In this document: positions 9,922-19,501 of the stretch, piece by piece | Position numbering within the stretch: position 1 is the first letter of the stretch | Layout of the letters: every line of letters begins with the position of its first letter | DNA from: Candidatus Planktophila sp. | GTDB lineage: Bacteria > Actinomycetota > Actinomycetes > Nanopelagicales > Nanopelagicaceae | Direction: 5' to 3' | Assembly (NCBI GenBank): GCA_017858325.1 | Contig: JAFMBT010000002.1 | Location: 30,800-94,799 of the forward strand | Length of the DNA stretch: 64,000 nt | Notes under the pieces: generated by a model | What the model saw: only the letters and a program-made list of their open reading frames with translations | What the model was told of the DNA's origin: nothing | Databases searched by the model: none | Program-made: the position numbers and the translations under genes

Positions 9922-11188
9922 ATCCCTGACTATATTTTCTCTCACTTATCACATTGGTGAAGAAGATTAATGAAATCAGCATTAGCCCTGGGATAAGTAT
10001 CCCCAAGGTCAGACCTCCAACTTGAGTAACCCACGATATAAATAACCTAACAACGGAGACCATGGCAATGTTGAGAAGCCCCAGTTGGCCGATAACGGCG
10101 GCGAAGCTCTCCTTCGAACGCGCTTGAGCGATATTGAGAAAGAGGGGAGCCATAAAGGAGGTACCCAATCCGCCGAATGCTAGAGCGAGTAAGAAAGACC
10201 AGTACGCCAATGGATTGCTATTACTAATCAAGTGACTCAGAAGAACGCCAGCGCAGTACCCCCCACCCCCAATGAGAGCACCAAAGTCAAAGAGCTCTTT
10301 CGCAGTAAAACGATCAAATACTCGGTGAACGTTTAACCGACCAATAATCATAAAACCTAGGAAGACAAGATAAGGAAGTGCTGCAAATTTCGGACTGCTT
10401 TGCAGATTTTCCTGCGCATAAATGGTTGCCCAATCAGTCATAGAATATTCCATTTGAATTGCCATCAACATCGCAATATAGAAAGGCCAATCGACTTTAA
10501 ACTTACGCACAGTAAAGAGTGAATAGCTAAAGGATGCACTCGCCGAACCTGGCTCTATAAAATATGGTGCGATTTTAAATAATTGTGTACCGATACCCAC
10601 TAAACAGAAAACTTGAACTACCCCGATATGTAGGCCCAGACTTACGCGGTCAACAATCAGAGAGCTCAATAGAATTGCCGTTAACGCTCCAGAGCTCCAT
10701 GCTCCTGCAGTCTTTGGCAGAAAGAGTTTCTTTATTCGCTCTTGGATTGAAAGTGCCTGAGAGTTAATCGCGATATTGAAAGTCGCAATAAGCCAACCGA
10801 GAGTTATATTACATACAATAAATAGAACTTCCTCACGGATAGATACGGTAATAAAAATCATGAGGCAAAAACCTAGGGCACTCATCGGCAGAAAGACTTT
10901 TACTCCGAAATGATTTATTAGATTTCCAACAGTTGCTAAGGCAAGAATCGCACCAATTCCACCCACACTCAGGAGAATGCCAAAGTAACCATAATTTACA
11001 TCTAGGTTTGCTTTTACCTCAGGAAATCGTGGAACCCATGACATTCCACTGAGGCCGAAGAGGAAGAAGATAATGAGAAGGGGGCGCTGAGTCTCTTCAA
11101 CACTCTGCAAGCCACGCGGCCATCTCATCATCGGAAGGATCCTAAGGTATTGAACGTTCATTTTTGGATAAAAAAGTAGGTTTTCCAA
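9905..11188 (-). CDS. MFS transporter (start codon uncertain; an internal Met near nt 11131 is possible)
   Basis: It has roughly 12 hydrophobic segments. Its first 20-30 residues are not membrane-like. Its 3' end converges on and overlaps the aldolase gene by 17 nt. Confidence 0.65.
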   Translation of the reverse strand: MENLLFYPKMNVQYLRILPMMRWPRGLQSVEETQRPLLIIFFLFGLSGMSWVPRFPEVKANLDVNYGYFGILLSVGGIGAILALATVGNLINHFGVKVFLPMSALGFCLMIFITVSIREEVLFIVCNITLGWLIATFNIAINSQALSIQERIKKLFLPKTAGAWSSGALTAILLSSLIVDRVSLGLHIGVVQVFCLVGIGTQLFKIAPYFIEPGSASASFSYSLFTVRKFKVDWPFYIAMLMAIQMEYSMTDWATIYAQENLQSSPKFAALPYLVFLGFMIIGRLNVHRVFDRFTAKELFDFGALIGGGGYCAGVLLSHLISNSNPLAYWSFLLALAFGGLGTSFMAPLFLNIAQARSKESFAAVIGQLGLLNIAMVSVVRLFISWVTQVGGLTLGILIPGLMLISLIFFTNVISERKYSQGSTRLS

Positions 11189-11230
11189 AAAGCTCTTTAC
11201 AGCGTCGTAGATGTTTCCTAGAGTAATTCT

Positions 11231-12448
11231 ATGAGCAATATTGTAACAATTCGCGATGTCAAAGTAATCCTTACAGCTCCTGAAGGAATCAATCTGGTTG
11301 TAGTAAAAATTGAGACCTCAGAGCCGGGTCTCTACGGCTTGGGTTGTGCCACCTTTACCCAACGCTATTTACTGGTAAAGACAGCGATCGAAGATTACTT
11401 ACGTGATTTTCTGATTGGCAAAGATGTTGCCAATATTGAAGATATCTGGCAGACCTCAATGGTTAATTCATATTGGAGAAATGGCCCAGCCCTTAATAAT
11501 GCGCTCTCTGGCGTTGATATGGCTCTCTGGGATATTGCGGGCAAGCGAGCAGGTATGCCGGTCTATGACTTATTGGGCGGAAAGACCCGAGAAGCTGCTG
11601 CCATTTACCGTCACGCAGATGGAAAATCAGTGGGCGAAGTCGAAGAGAATGTTCGTAAGTTTATGGATCAAGGCCTTCTCTATATCCGGTGCCAGATGGG
11701 CGGTTATGGCGGTCGCATTCATGAGATCAGAAAGCCAGAGGGTGCACCTCCTGGTGCATACTTTGATCCCATTGCCTATTCAAGAGATACCGTCAGGCTA
11801 TTTGAACATATGCGATCAGCTGTGGGCGATGAGATTGAATTGCTCCACGATGTTCATGAGCGCCTTACACCAATTGATGCGGTTAGACTTTCTAAAAACC
11901 TAGAACCATACCGACTCTTCTTCTTGGAAGATGCGTTAGCGCCAGAATCAGTTGATTGGTTCCGCATGATGCGCGCACAATCTGCCACGCCAATTGCGAT
12001 GGGCGAGCTATTCACTCATCCGCAAGAATGGCTACCTTTGATTTCAGAACGCCTCATTGATTTTATTCGCTGCCACATCAGCACCATTGGTGGAATCACA
12101 CCTGCGAAAAAACTGGCACACTTGTGTGAGGCATTCGGCGTCAGAACTGCCTGGCACGGCCCGGGCGATGTCTCACCAATAGGCCATGCCGCCAATCTTC
12201 ATCTAGACTTAAGTTCTGCAAACTTTGGGGTGCAGGAATGGTGGGGACCAACTGAGATCATCTATGAGATGTTCCCTGGCACCCCTGAAGTGCGTAAAGG
12301 ATATGTCTATCCCAACGATCGACCTGGGCTCGGAATCGATATCGACGAGGCGATGGCTGCCAAGTACCCATGCGATAACACCCAGTCAGTTCGTCCGCCA
12401 TCTTGGACAACTGCCCGGACCCCAGACGGGGGGTCTTGGCGTCCATAG
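11231..12448 (+). CDS. manD: enolase-superfamily D-mannonate dehydratase (ManD subgroup)
   Basis: The N-terminus (I..V.V.LTAPEGINLVVVKIETSEPGLYGLGCATFTQR) and the 405-aa length are typical of the ManD/RspA subgroup. Confidence 0.75.
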   Translation: MSNIVTIRDVKVILTAPEGINLVVVKIETSEPGLYGLGCATFTQRYLLVKTAIEDYLRDFLIGKDVANIEDIWQTSMVNSYWRNGPALNNALSGVDMALWDIAGKRAGMPVYDLLGGKTREAAAIYRHADGKSVGEVEENVRKFMDQGLLYIRCQMGGYGGRIHEIRKPEGAPPGAYFDPIAYSRDTVRLFEHMRSAVGDEIELLHDVHERLTPIDAVRLSKNLEPYRLFFLEDALAPESVDWFRMMRAQSATPIAMGELFTHPQEWLPLISERLIDFIRCHISTIGGITPAKKLAHLCEAFGVRTAWHGPGDVSPIGHAANLHLDLSSANFGVQEWWGPTEIIYEMFPGTPEVRKGYVYPNDRPGLGIDIDEAMAAKYPCDNTQSVRPPSWTTARTPDGGSWRP

Positions 12449-12492
12449 TTTTACACTCCCTCGTTATCAATTAGTTACTCAAAATGCTTGTG

Positions 12493-12506
12493 CTTGAACG
12501 TTCAAG
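12493..12506. promoter_or_regulatory. perfect 14-bp palindrome CTTGAACGTTCAAG, a candidate LacI-family operator
   Basis: This is a perfect inverted repeat with a central CG, read directly from the sequence. It lies 57 nt upstream of the ABC binding-protein gene, and a LacI-family regulator is encoded in the same locus. Confidence 0.45.
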
Positions 12507-12562
12507 ATGGCAGTTTATGTTTGGAAATGAACACCTCGTGAACATCAACGAAAGGTTAGGTT

Positions 12563-13909
12563 ATGAATAGAAAGCTATCCTCGATTCTTGCAGTGGTTTT
12601 AACTGCTGGCTTACTAACAGTGCCTGCGGCAAGTGCTAATGCAACTCGAGCAGAACGTGTGGCGCTTAAAAAAGAAGCCGCGCAGATTAATAAAGATGGT
12701 AAGAAGTTTACATATTGGATCGGATTAATTTTCTCTGATGAAGCCAATAGATTAGCGGTTGAACAGATAAATGACTGGGCCGCACTGCGTGGCATCCAAG
12801 CAAATCCAATTCTGGTAAATCAAAATAACTTAAATGCACAGGTGACTGCTGCAATTACTGCTGGAACTATGCCTGATGCATTCGATGCAAGTAATGGCTT
12901 AGTGCTACAGCTCGGTGCAAAGAACCTTCTCAATGTGCAATCTGTCATCGATGGTTTAATCCGGAAAAATGGAAAGTTAAATCCAGCTGCAGAATTCTAT
13001 AATTCATCAGGCTTCGCCGCTAAAGGTTTAGGTGTGCCATATGGAATTAATGGAAACCTCATTAATCGCCGCCTTGATCTTGTTAAAACCAAGAAGGCTC
13101 CAGCGACGTGGGAGGAACTTGCTGCACAAGCCAAAGCAGCAATGCCTTCAGGTGGCGGTATGGGCTTTAATACTGGTAACACAGGCGATGCTGAGGAAGT
13201 ATTCTCTGCCATGTTCCACAGTTATGGCGGTCGCTTTGCTGATGATGCCGGCAAGGTATGTACCATCGATGCCAAGGGCACCCGCGACTTCTTGACCGCC
13301 GTTAAGAAGTTTTACGACATGGGCGTCTATGCAACCGATTCAACAAATTCAGATGGCGCTTGGGATAACAACAAATACTTAGGTGGAAAGACCGCATTTA
13401 TTGCCAACCCAGGATCTGTCTACACAACTCTCATTGGTGGCTCTGCAACATGGGATCCAAATCCAACGCTAGCTAGGAACACAGGCTTCTCAGCGCTACC
13501 AGGTGGACCAGTCACTCGTGTTGCACCAACTGGTGCATGGCTAAGAGTTGCCTCAAGTACTACTAAGTATCCATTGCTGGCTAAGGATCTCATCAATTAT
13601 TTGATGCAGAAGAAGCAGATGCGGGCTTACTACGAATCAGCCATTTATGGTCCAAGCTTCAGTGGATTCAACTCCTTCACCTTCTGGCGCAAGAGCGTTG
13701 ATCCAGCACGTTCGGGTCTCTTCGAAATGGCAAAGTTTGGAGTAACCGGTCGGTTCCCAGATGTTAATAACGCTGCAATTGCAGAATTCAATTCTGGCTT
13801 CGGTATATCAAAGATGGTGCAGCGATTCCTCTTTGACAAAGTCAGTATGAATAAGGCAATTGACGAAGCACAGGCAAGCTGTGCTGCTATCTACAAAAAG
13901 TACGAATAG
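12563..13909 (+). CDS. ABC transporter extracellular sugar-binding protein (family 1)
   Basis: It has an N-terminal signal-like segment (LSSILAVVLTAGLLTVPAASA) at 448 aa. Two binding-protein-dependent permease genes follow it. Confidence 0.8.
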   Translation: MNRKLSSILAVVLTAGLLTVPAASANATRAERVALKKEAAQINKDGKKFTYWIGLIFSDEANRLAVEQINDWAALRGIQANPILVNQNNLNAQVTAAITAGTMPDAFDASNGLVLQLGAKNLLNVQSVIDGLIRKNGKLNPAAEFYNSSGFAAKGLGVPYGINGNLINRRLDLVKTKKAPATWEELAAQAKAAMPSGGGMGFNTGNTGDAEEVFSAMFHSYGGRFADDAGKVCTIDAKGTRDFLTAVKKFYDMGVYATDSTNSDGAWDNNKYLGGKTAFIANPGSVYTTLIGGSATWDPNPTLARNTGFSALPGGPVTRVAPTGAWLRVASSTTKYPLLAKDLINYLMQKKQMRAYYESAIYGPSFSGFNSFTFWRKSVDPARSGLFEMAKFGVTGRFPDVNNAAIAEFNSGFGISKMVQRFLFDKVSMNKAIDEAQASCAAIYKKYE

Positions 13910-13930
13910 TTTCACGATCGAGGGTATAGC

Positions 13931-13963
13931 AGGTAGGCACCACGAAGTTTGTGGTGCCTACCT
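13931..13963 (+). terminator. 13-bp perfect stem hairpin between the binding-protein and permease genes (attenuating or stabilising hairpin)
   Basis: AGGTAGGCACCAC-GAAGTTT-GTGGTGCCTACCT was read directly from the sequence. It is followed by TCTCTC rather than a clean T-run. Confidence 0.5.
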
Positions 13964-14031
13964 TCTCTCGGGTATTCACGTACATATTCGATCAATACTT
14001 CAGATAAACACTTCGGAGTGAGGGAGAGCTC

Positions 14032-14922
14032 ATGGCTAAGGGATTAAAAGCTCGTAGTAGATCCAGAATTCAAGACTCACTCCTTGGCTACGCAACGATT
14101 CTGCCGGCGATGCTGGTTCTTATCGGCTTCTTTGGCTATCCGCTCTTTTATGAAGTCTATGCAAGCTTTACCAATATAACCGTTGGTCAATCTGGTGAGT
14201 GGGTTGGGTTAGCAAATTACCGCTACCTCGTTAGTGATTCAGCCTTCACCGCCGCGGCCCTTAATACAGTTGTTTATGTCACCGCTGCGCAAACTGGGAA
14301 ATTCGCTTTAGGTCTGGCAGTAGCGTTATTGCTCCAACAGAAAATGATAGGTCGCAATCTCTGGCGATCTGTCGTCCTACTCCCATATGCGCTGCCAGGT
14401 TTTGTTGCCTTTATGGTCTGGCGCTTGATTTACAATCCCGATGTAGGTTCTCTCAATATCTTTTTAGATCAAGTAGGAATCACTGATCAACCAATCGCAT
14501 TTTTGAGTAACTCGTCTTGGGCTATGTCAGGCGTTGTTCTTGCCACAATTTGGAAAGGCTTTCCATTTTGGACGATTATGTTCTTGGCTGCCTTACAGGC
14601 TATTCCCAAAGAACTCTACGAGGCAGCTGCAACTGATGGCTGTAACGCATATCAGAAATTTAAAAATGTCTCCTTCCCGGGTATTCGCCCCGTGATTTTA
14701 ATTGTCTTCATGCTCTCAACAATTGGAACAATAAATTCCTTTGAGGCGGTATGGCTTACAACTGGAGGTGGACCAGGAAATAGCACGATTATTGTGCCGA
14801 TTTATGCTTACAAGAGTCTGGTCGCCTTTCAAATTGGCCAGGCAGCGGCAGCGGCTCTACTTCTAATGCCAGTGGTTCTCTTATTTGTTCTCTTTATCCT
14901 GCGTAGATTGAAGAAGGTTTAG
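14032..14922 (+). CDS. ABC sugar transporter permease (MalF/UgpA-like)
   Basis: It has six hydrophobic segments and an EAA-type loop (ELYEAAATDGCNAYQKF). Confidence 0.85.
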   Translation: MAKGLKARSRSRIQDSLLGYATILPAMLVLIGFFGYPLFYEVYASFTNITVGQSGEWVGLANYRYLVSDSAFTAAALNTVVYVTAAQTGKFALGLAVALLLQQKMIGRNLWRSVVLLPYALPGFVAFMVWRLIYNPDVGSLNIFLDQVGITDQPIAFLSNSSWAMSGVVLATIWKGFPFWTIMFLAALQAIPKELYEAAATDGCNAYQKFKNVSFPGIRPVILIVFMLSTIGTINSFEAVWLTTGGGPGNSTIIVPIYAYKSLVAFQIGQAAAAALLLMPVVLLFVLFILRRLKKV

Positions 14923-14924
14923 TT

Positions 14925-15755
14925 ATGGTGAAACAAAAATTTCTCTCGCGCCTCGGTATCTACTCGTCATTGATCGTACTTCTTGTATTTGTTATTTTCC
15001 CGATCTACTACATGCTCACTGTTTCATTCCGATCACAGAATTCGATGTTCACAAACCCTAGTTGGTTTCCGGTTGATCTGGAATTAAAAAATTACCGTGT
15101 CGCCTTCACGAGTCGAGAATTTCTCACCGCAATGCGTAACAGCCTTGTTATCGGAATTGTGACCACATCTGTGGGGTTAGTTTTCAGTGTACTTGCTGCC
15201 TACTCGCTGACGATTCTTCGCTATCGGGGACGGGATACATTTGGACGAATCATTATTGTTGCGTTCTTAACACCTGGTGCTCTCCTTTTTATACCTTTAG
15301 CGGTGATTGCAGCACGGCTAAATATCTCAAATACGCTTCATGGATTAATGATTATTTACTTAAGTTTCATTGTTCCACTAGGTACATATCTGCTTTTGGG
15401 ATTTTTCCGCAACTTGGTCGGTGAATTAGAGGAGGCGGCTCGTATAGATGGGGCCTCAAGGTTGCAAGCACTTTGGTTTATCCTTCTGCCGTTGATTGCT
15501 CCGGGTATTGCTGCTGTAGGAATTCTGACATTTACCGCATGCTGGAATGAGTACTTAGTCGCCTTGGTGCTAAATCCAAACCCAGAATTTCGCACCCTTC
15601 CGGTGGCGGTCACATTCTTACAAGTAGCCGATGAATCACCTATCGGATTGATTATGGCCTATTCGTCTATCGGTGCGATCCCAATTCTCATTCTCTTCTT
15701 TATTGGCCAGAGATTTATCGTAGAAGGTCTGCAAACAGGAGCTGTAAAAGGTTAA
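14925..15755 (+). CDS. ABC sugar transporter permease (MalG/UgpE-like)
   Basis: It has an EAA loop (ELEEAARIDGASRLQALWFILLP) and starts 3 nt after the previous permease gene. Confidence 0.85.
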   Translation: MVKQKFLSRLGIYSSLIVLLVFVIFPIYYMLTVSFRSQNSMFTNPSWFPVDLELKNYRVAFTSREFLTAMRNSLVIGIVTTSVGLVFSVLAAYSLTILRYRGRDTFGRIIIVAFLTPGALLFIPLAVIAARLNISNTLHGLMIIYLSFIVPLGTYLLLGFFRNLVGELEEAARIDGASRLQALWFILLPLIAPGIAAVGILTFTACWNEYLVALVLNPNPEFRTLPVAVTFLQVADESPIGLIMAYSSIGAIPILILFFIGQRFIVEGLQTGAVKG

Positions 15756-15779
15756 CAACTAAAAGAATGGGGAGAGAAC

Positions 15780-16736
15780 ATGCGTCCAGGATTCGGCCAG
15801 TTTCAAGTTGCGTCTGAGGAGTACCTTCTTTTCGCGCAGCAGTTCGGCGCGACAGATATTCTCTTCAATACACCTCTTATCCCTGGCGATGGTGGAAAGT
15901 GGCAATTACATGATTTAGTAAAACTTCGTCTCAGGGTAGAACAATTTGGGCTGAAATTAAGTGCGTTAGAGAATGTTCCGACTAATTTCTATGACCACAT
16001 CATGCTCAATGGTCCACGACGCGATGAGCAGATTGAAAATATGATTTTTACTGTACGTAATATGGCACGCGCTGGAATTCCAATCTTTGGATACAACTGG
16101 ATGCCATCACATGTTTGGCGCACACCTCCAAAGCAGATTCGTGGTGGTGCGCTAGCGACTGCTTATGATCACGCGCTGGGATCAAAATATCCACTTACTC
16201 ATGGTCGCGAATATAGCGAAGAAGAGATGTGGGAGAACCTCGAATACTGGATCAAGATCATCACACCGGTAGCAGAGGAAGAAGGAATTCGCCTCGGTAT
16301 TCATCCATGTGATCCACCGGTTGATAAGTTGGGTGGAATTCCACAGTTACTCCGAAGCTTTGAATCTTATAAGCGCCTCATCGAGATCTATCCAAGTGAT
16401 TCAAATGCAATTGAATTCTGTCAAGGCACGTTCTCAGAGATGAAGGACGATATCTACGAGATGATCGACTACTTTGTTTCACGCAAGAAGATTCTCTACG
16501 TTCACTTCCGTAACGTCTCTGGCGAGGTACCTAACTTCTACGAAGAATTTGTGAATACCGGATATGTCGATATGTATAAGGCGATGAAGATTTACCATAA
16601 GCACAATTTTGATGGATTCTTTATCGATGATCACGTCCCACATACACACGGAGATACACCGTGGGGACACCGTGGCCGTGCCTTTGCTAATGGTTATATC
16701 CAGGCGATGATTGAAGCGGTTCAGAAACAAGGTTAA
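15780..16736 (+). CDS. uxuA: mannonate dehydratase, UxuA family (short form), copy 1
   Basis: It has a xylose-isomerase-like TIM barrel with IPIFGYNWMP, GIRLGIHPCDPP and DDHVPHTHGD. A GGGGAG Shine-Dalgarno sequence lies upstream. Confidence 0.8.
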   Translation: MRPGFGQFQVASEEYLLFAQQFGATDILFNTPLIPGDGGKWQLHDLVKLRLRVEQFGLKLSALENVPTNFYDHIMLNGPRRDEQIENMIFTVRNMARAGIPIFGYNWMPSHVWRTPPKQIRGGALATAYDHALGSKYPLTHGREYSEEEMWENLEYWIKIITPVAEEEGIRLGIHPCDPPVDKLGGIPQLLRSFESYKRLIEIYPSDSNAIEFCQGTFSEMKDDIYEMIDYFVSRKKILYVHFRNVSGEVPNFYEEFVNTGYVDMYKAMKIYHKHNFDGFFIDDHVPHTHGDTPWGHRGRAFANGYIQAMIEAVQKQG

Positions 16737-16768
16737 TTAATTTCATAAACCGAAAGGCTGTGGTGAAG

Positions 16769-17740
16769 ATGCGTTCTGGACAAGGAATTTGGATCAACAC
16801 CGGCTTCAGCCACGGTGACAAGCTGCAATTTTCTCAACAATTTGGAATCACCGATGTGGCAATTCAGTCTTATGACACATCGGGGATTCCGAGTAGTGGA
16901 GGGAAATTTGAGTTACATGATTTAGTCAAATTGCGTTTGCAGATTGAAAACTTTGGTATGAAATTAACGGCGCTAGAGAATGTTCCATCAAGTTTCTACG
17001 ACCACATTATGCTCAACGGCCCACGCCGCGATGAGCAGATAGAGAATATGATTTATACGATTCGCAATATAGCTAGAGCTGGTATTCCAATCTTTGGATA
17101 CAACTGGGAGCCTTCTCTTGTTTGGCGTACGAAACCAGAGTTAATTCGTGGCGGAGCTATTGCTACAGCATTTGACGAAAATATTGCCAAGGAGTACCCA
17201 CTTTCACATGATCGTGAATATAGCGAAGAAGAGATGTGGGAAAATCTTGAGTACTGGATCAAAATAATTACTCCGATTGCTGAAGAAGAGGGAATTAGAT
17301 TAGGAATACATCCAAGTGATCCACCAGTTCCAAAGTTAGGTGGTATCCCAAGGCTATTTCGCTCCTTTGCTGCTTATAAGCGGTTAATAGAGATTTATCC
17401 AAGTGATAGCAACGCAATTGAATTTTGCCAAGGAAGTTTTTCAGAGATGAAGGACGACATTTATGAGATGATCGATTACTTTGCTTCACGGAGAAAGATT
17501 CTTTACGTGCACTTTCGAAATGTTTCTGGTCCAGTTCCAGTTTTTAAAGAGGAGTTCATAAATACTGGGCATGTAGATATGTATAGGGCGATGACAATTT
17601 ATCACAAGCACAATTTTGATGGTTTTTTTATGGATGACCATGTTCCACATACTCATGGGGATACCGAATGGGGTCACCGTGGTCGTGCCTTTGCAAATGG
17701 GTATATCCAAGCCATGATTGAAGCGGTTCAGAAGGGCTAA
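16769..17740 (+). CDS. uxuA: mannonate dehydratase, UxuA family (short form), copy 2 (tandem paralog)
   Basis: It aligns with copy 1 over nearly the full length. The ATG at 16769 matches the copy 1 start (MRSG vs MRPG). The listed GTG at 16760 is a possible alternative start. Confidence 0.8.
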   Translation: MRSGQGIWINTGFSHGDKLQFSQQFGITDVAIQSYDTSGIPSSGGKFELHDLVKLRLQIENFGMKLTALENVPSSFYDHIMLNGPRRDEQIENMIYTIRNIARAGIPIFGYNWEPSLVWRTKPELIRGGAIATAFDENIAKEYPLSHDREYSEEEMWENLEYWIKIITPIAEEEGIRLGIHPSDPPVPKLGGIPRLFRSFAAYKRLIEIYPSDSNAIEFCQGSFSEMKDDIYEMIDYFASRRKILYVHFRNVSGPVPVFKEEFINTGHVDMYRAMTIYHKHNFDGFFMDDHVPHTHGDTEWGHRGRAFANGYIQAMIEAVQKG

Positions 17741-17795
17741 TGAGGTCAATGGCTGAGGAGATACAAGTGACTCTTGAAGTTTGTGGGAATTTATA

Positions 17796-18839
17796 ATGCC
17801 TATTAATGAATCAAATAATCAGGTATTGCCGATCAGCCTAAGGATGATTGCCCGTCGAGCTGGCGTCTCCCTTGGTACCGTCTCGAATGTACTTAATCAT
17901 CCTGAGCTTGTCTCTCCTGCAAAGCGGGAAGTGGTGCTGAAGGTATTAAAAGAGGCCAATATTGCAGAAGCTTCAATAAAGGCAACTAGGCCAAAAACAA
18001 CTCCTAAGTCGTTAGGGATAATGATTCCCACCTTAAGTAATCCATTCTATGTTGATCTATCAAATGGATTTCAAGAGGCTGCTTCTCTTGCAGGTTACGG
18101 CGCGGTCATCTGTAGTATGGATGAGAATCGTGAGATGCAGGGATTTTATGCTTCCCTTTTACTTGAGCAGAAGATTGAGGGCGTATTGGTTTCACCGATT
18201 GAGCAGTGGGATAAGTACTTATATAAGTTTGCCGCACGTGGGATTCCAGTTGTTCTACATGGACCAAAACAGAGTAATTTAGATATGTGTTCAATCTCTG
18301 GAAACCATTTCCACGGTGGTGAACTTGGCGTTCAACATCTCTACGACCTCGGCCATCGTAGTATCGTTTGGGTTACCTTAGAAGATAGGTTTCCCCAGAT
18401 AATTGAGCGTGAGGCCGGAGTAGTTGCGGCAGCTGAGAGGTTAGGAATTACGCTAAGAATGATCTGTGTCTCGAAAATTAACGCTGCACAAGGCGAAGCA
18501 ACGGTAGAGCGAATTCTCAAATTAGATAGTGAACCGACTGCGATCTTCTGTGCCAATGATTACACAGCAGTTGGGGTTATTTGTGGGCTGAGCGCTCGCG
18601 GGATTAAAACCCCAGAAGAGATGTCAGTTCTTGGATACGACGGTATTTCTTCGCTCTCAAATGCAATTTTACCGCTATCAACAATTTCGCAGCCGGTAGA
18701 ACAGCTAGGCCGTGATTTTGCGAAAATTCTTCTTGAAGAAATCGAGTCCTCTGCGACACATGAACATAAGAATTTGCTCTTCGAGCCAGAGCTAATTGCG
18801 CGAGCCACAACGTCACACCCACGATTGTATGCCGTATGA
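17796..18839 (+). CDS. LacI-family transcriptional regulator
   Basis: It has the HTH segment MIARRAGVSLGTVSNVLN and a periplasmic-binding-protein-like core. The ATG at 17796 is preferred over the listed TTG at 17781. Confidence 0.85.
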   Translation: MPINESNNQVLPISLRMIARRAGVSLGTVSNVLNHPELVSPAKREVVLKVLKEANIAEASIKATRPKTTPKSLGIMIPTLSNPFYVDLSNGFQEAASLAGYGAVICSMDENREMQGFYASLLLEQKIEGVLVSPIEQWDKYLYKFAARGIPVVLHGPKQSNLDMCSISGNHFHGGELGVQHLYDLGHRSIVWVTLEDRFPQIIEREAGVVAAAERLGITLRMICVSKINAAQGEATVERILKLDSEPTAIFCANDYTAVGVICGLSARGIKTPEEMSVLGYDGISSLSNAILPLSTISQPVEQLGRDFAKILLEEIESSATHEHKNLLFEPELIARATTSHPRLYAV

Positions 18840-19486
18840 GTACTGATACACGGTCACCAATCACCTCCATCAACCAAATCGCACCACTTCGAATAATTCC
18901 AGTTTTGACAATTACTGATATTAAGCATGTGGATGCAATAGCGAATGCAGTTCTAGAGTGCGGAATTCAAAATGTTGAAGTCACACTTCGTACCGATGTA
19001 AGCCTTGCCGCTATCGAGGCATTTGCTAAACATCCAAATCTGGTTGTCGGCGTTGGTTCTGTTAAGAATAGTAGTGACTTATCAAGGGCGGTTGATGCCG
19101 GGGCAACCTTTGCAGTCTCACCCGGGTATTTGAAGGAAATTGGCGAGGTGGCGAAGAAGTTAAATGTCTTCTACTTGCCAGGAGTTGCCACCTCAACCGA
19201 GATTATGAGAGCGCTATCAGATGGGTTTAATCTATTGAAATTTTTTCCAGCCGAGCAATTAGGTGGCGTCCAGATGCTCAAGGCGATCGCTCCAGTCTTT
19301 CCTGCTGTTCAGTTTATTCCGACAGGTGGCATGAATAGCGAAAACATCGATACATACCTTGCTCACCCATCGGTAGTTGCTGTCGGCGGTAGCTGGATGC
19401 TCGGTAAAACTATTGACCTTAACGATAAGGTGGCAGTCAGTCTTGCAGTATCGACAGCGCTAAAGAAGATTTCTTCACCCAAATAA
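18836..19486 (+). CDS. eda: 2-keto-3-deoxy-6-phosphogluconate (KDPG) aldolase
   Basis: It is 216 aa with IIPVLTI...VEVTLRT...FKFFPAE typical of Eda. Its ATG overlaps the lacI-family stop (ATGA). Confidence 0.8.
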   Translation: MSTDTRSPITSINQIAPLRIIPVLTITDIKHVDAIANAVLECGIQNVEVTLRTDVSLAAIEAFAKHPNLVVGVGSVKNSSDLSRAVDAGATFAVSPGYLKEIGEVAKKLNVFYLPGVATSTEIMRALSDGFNLLKFFPAEQLGGVQMLKAIAPVFPAVQFIPTGGMNSENIDTYLAHPSVVAVGGSWMLGKTIDLNDKVAVSLAVSTALKKISSPK

Positions 19487-19501
19487 GAGATTGGATTTTT
19501 C

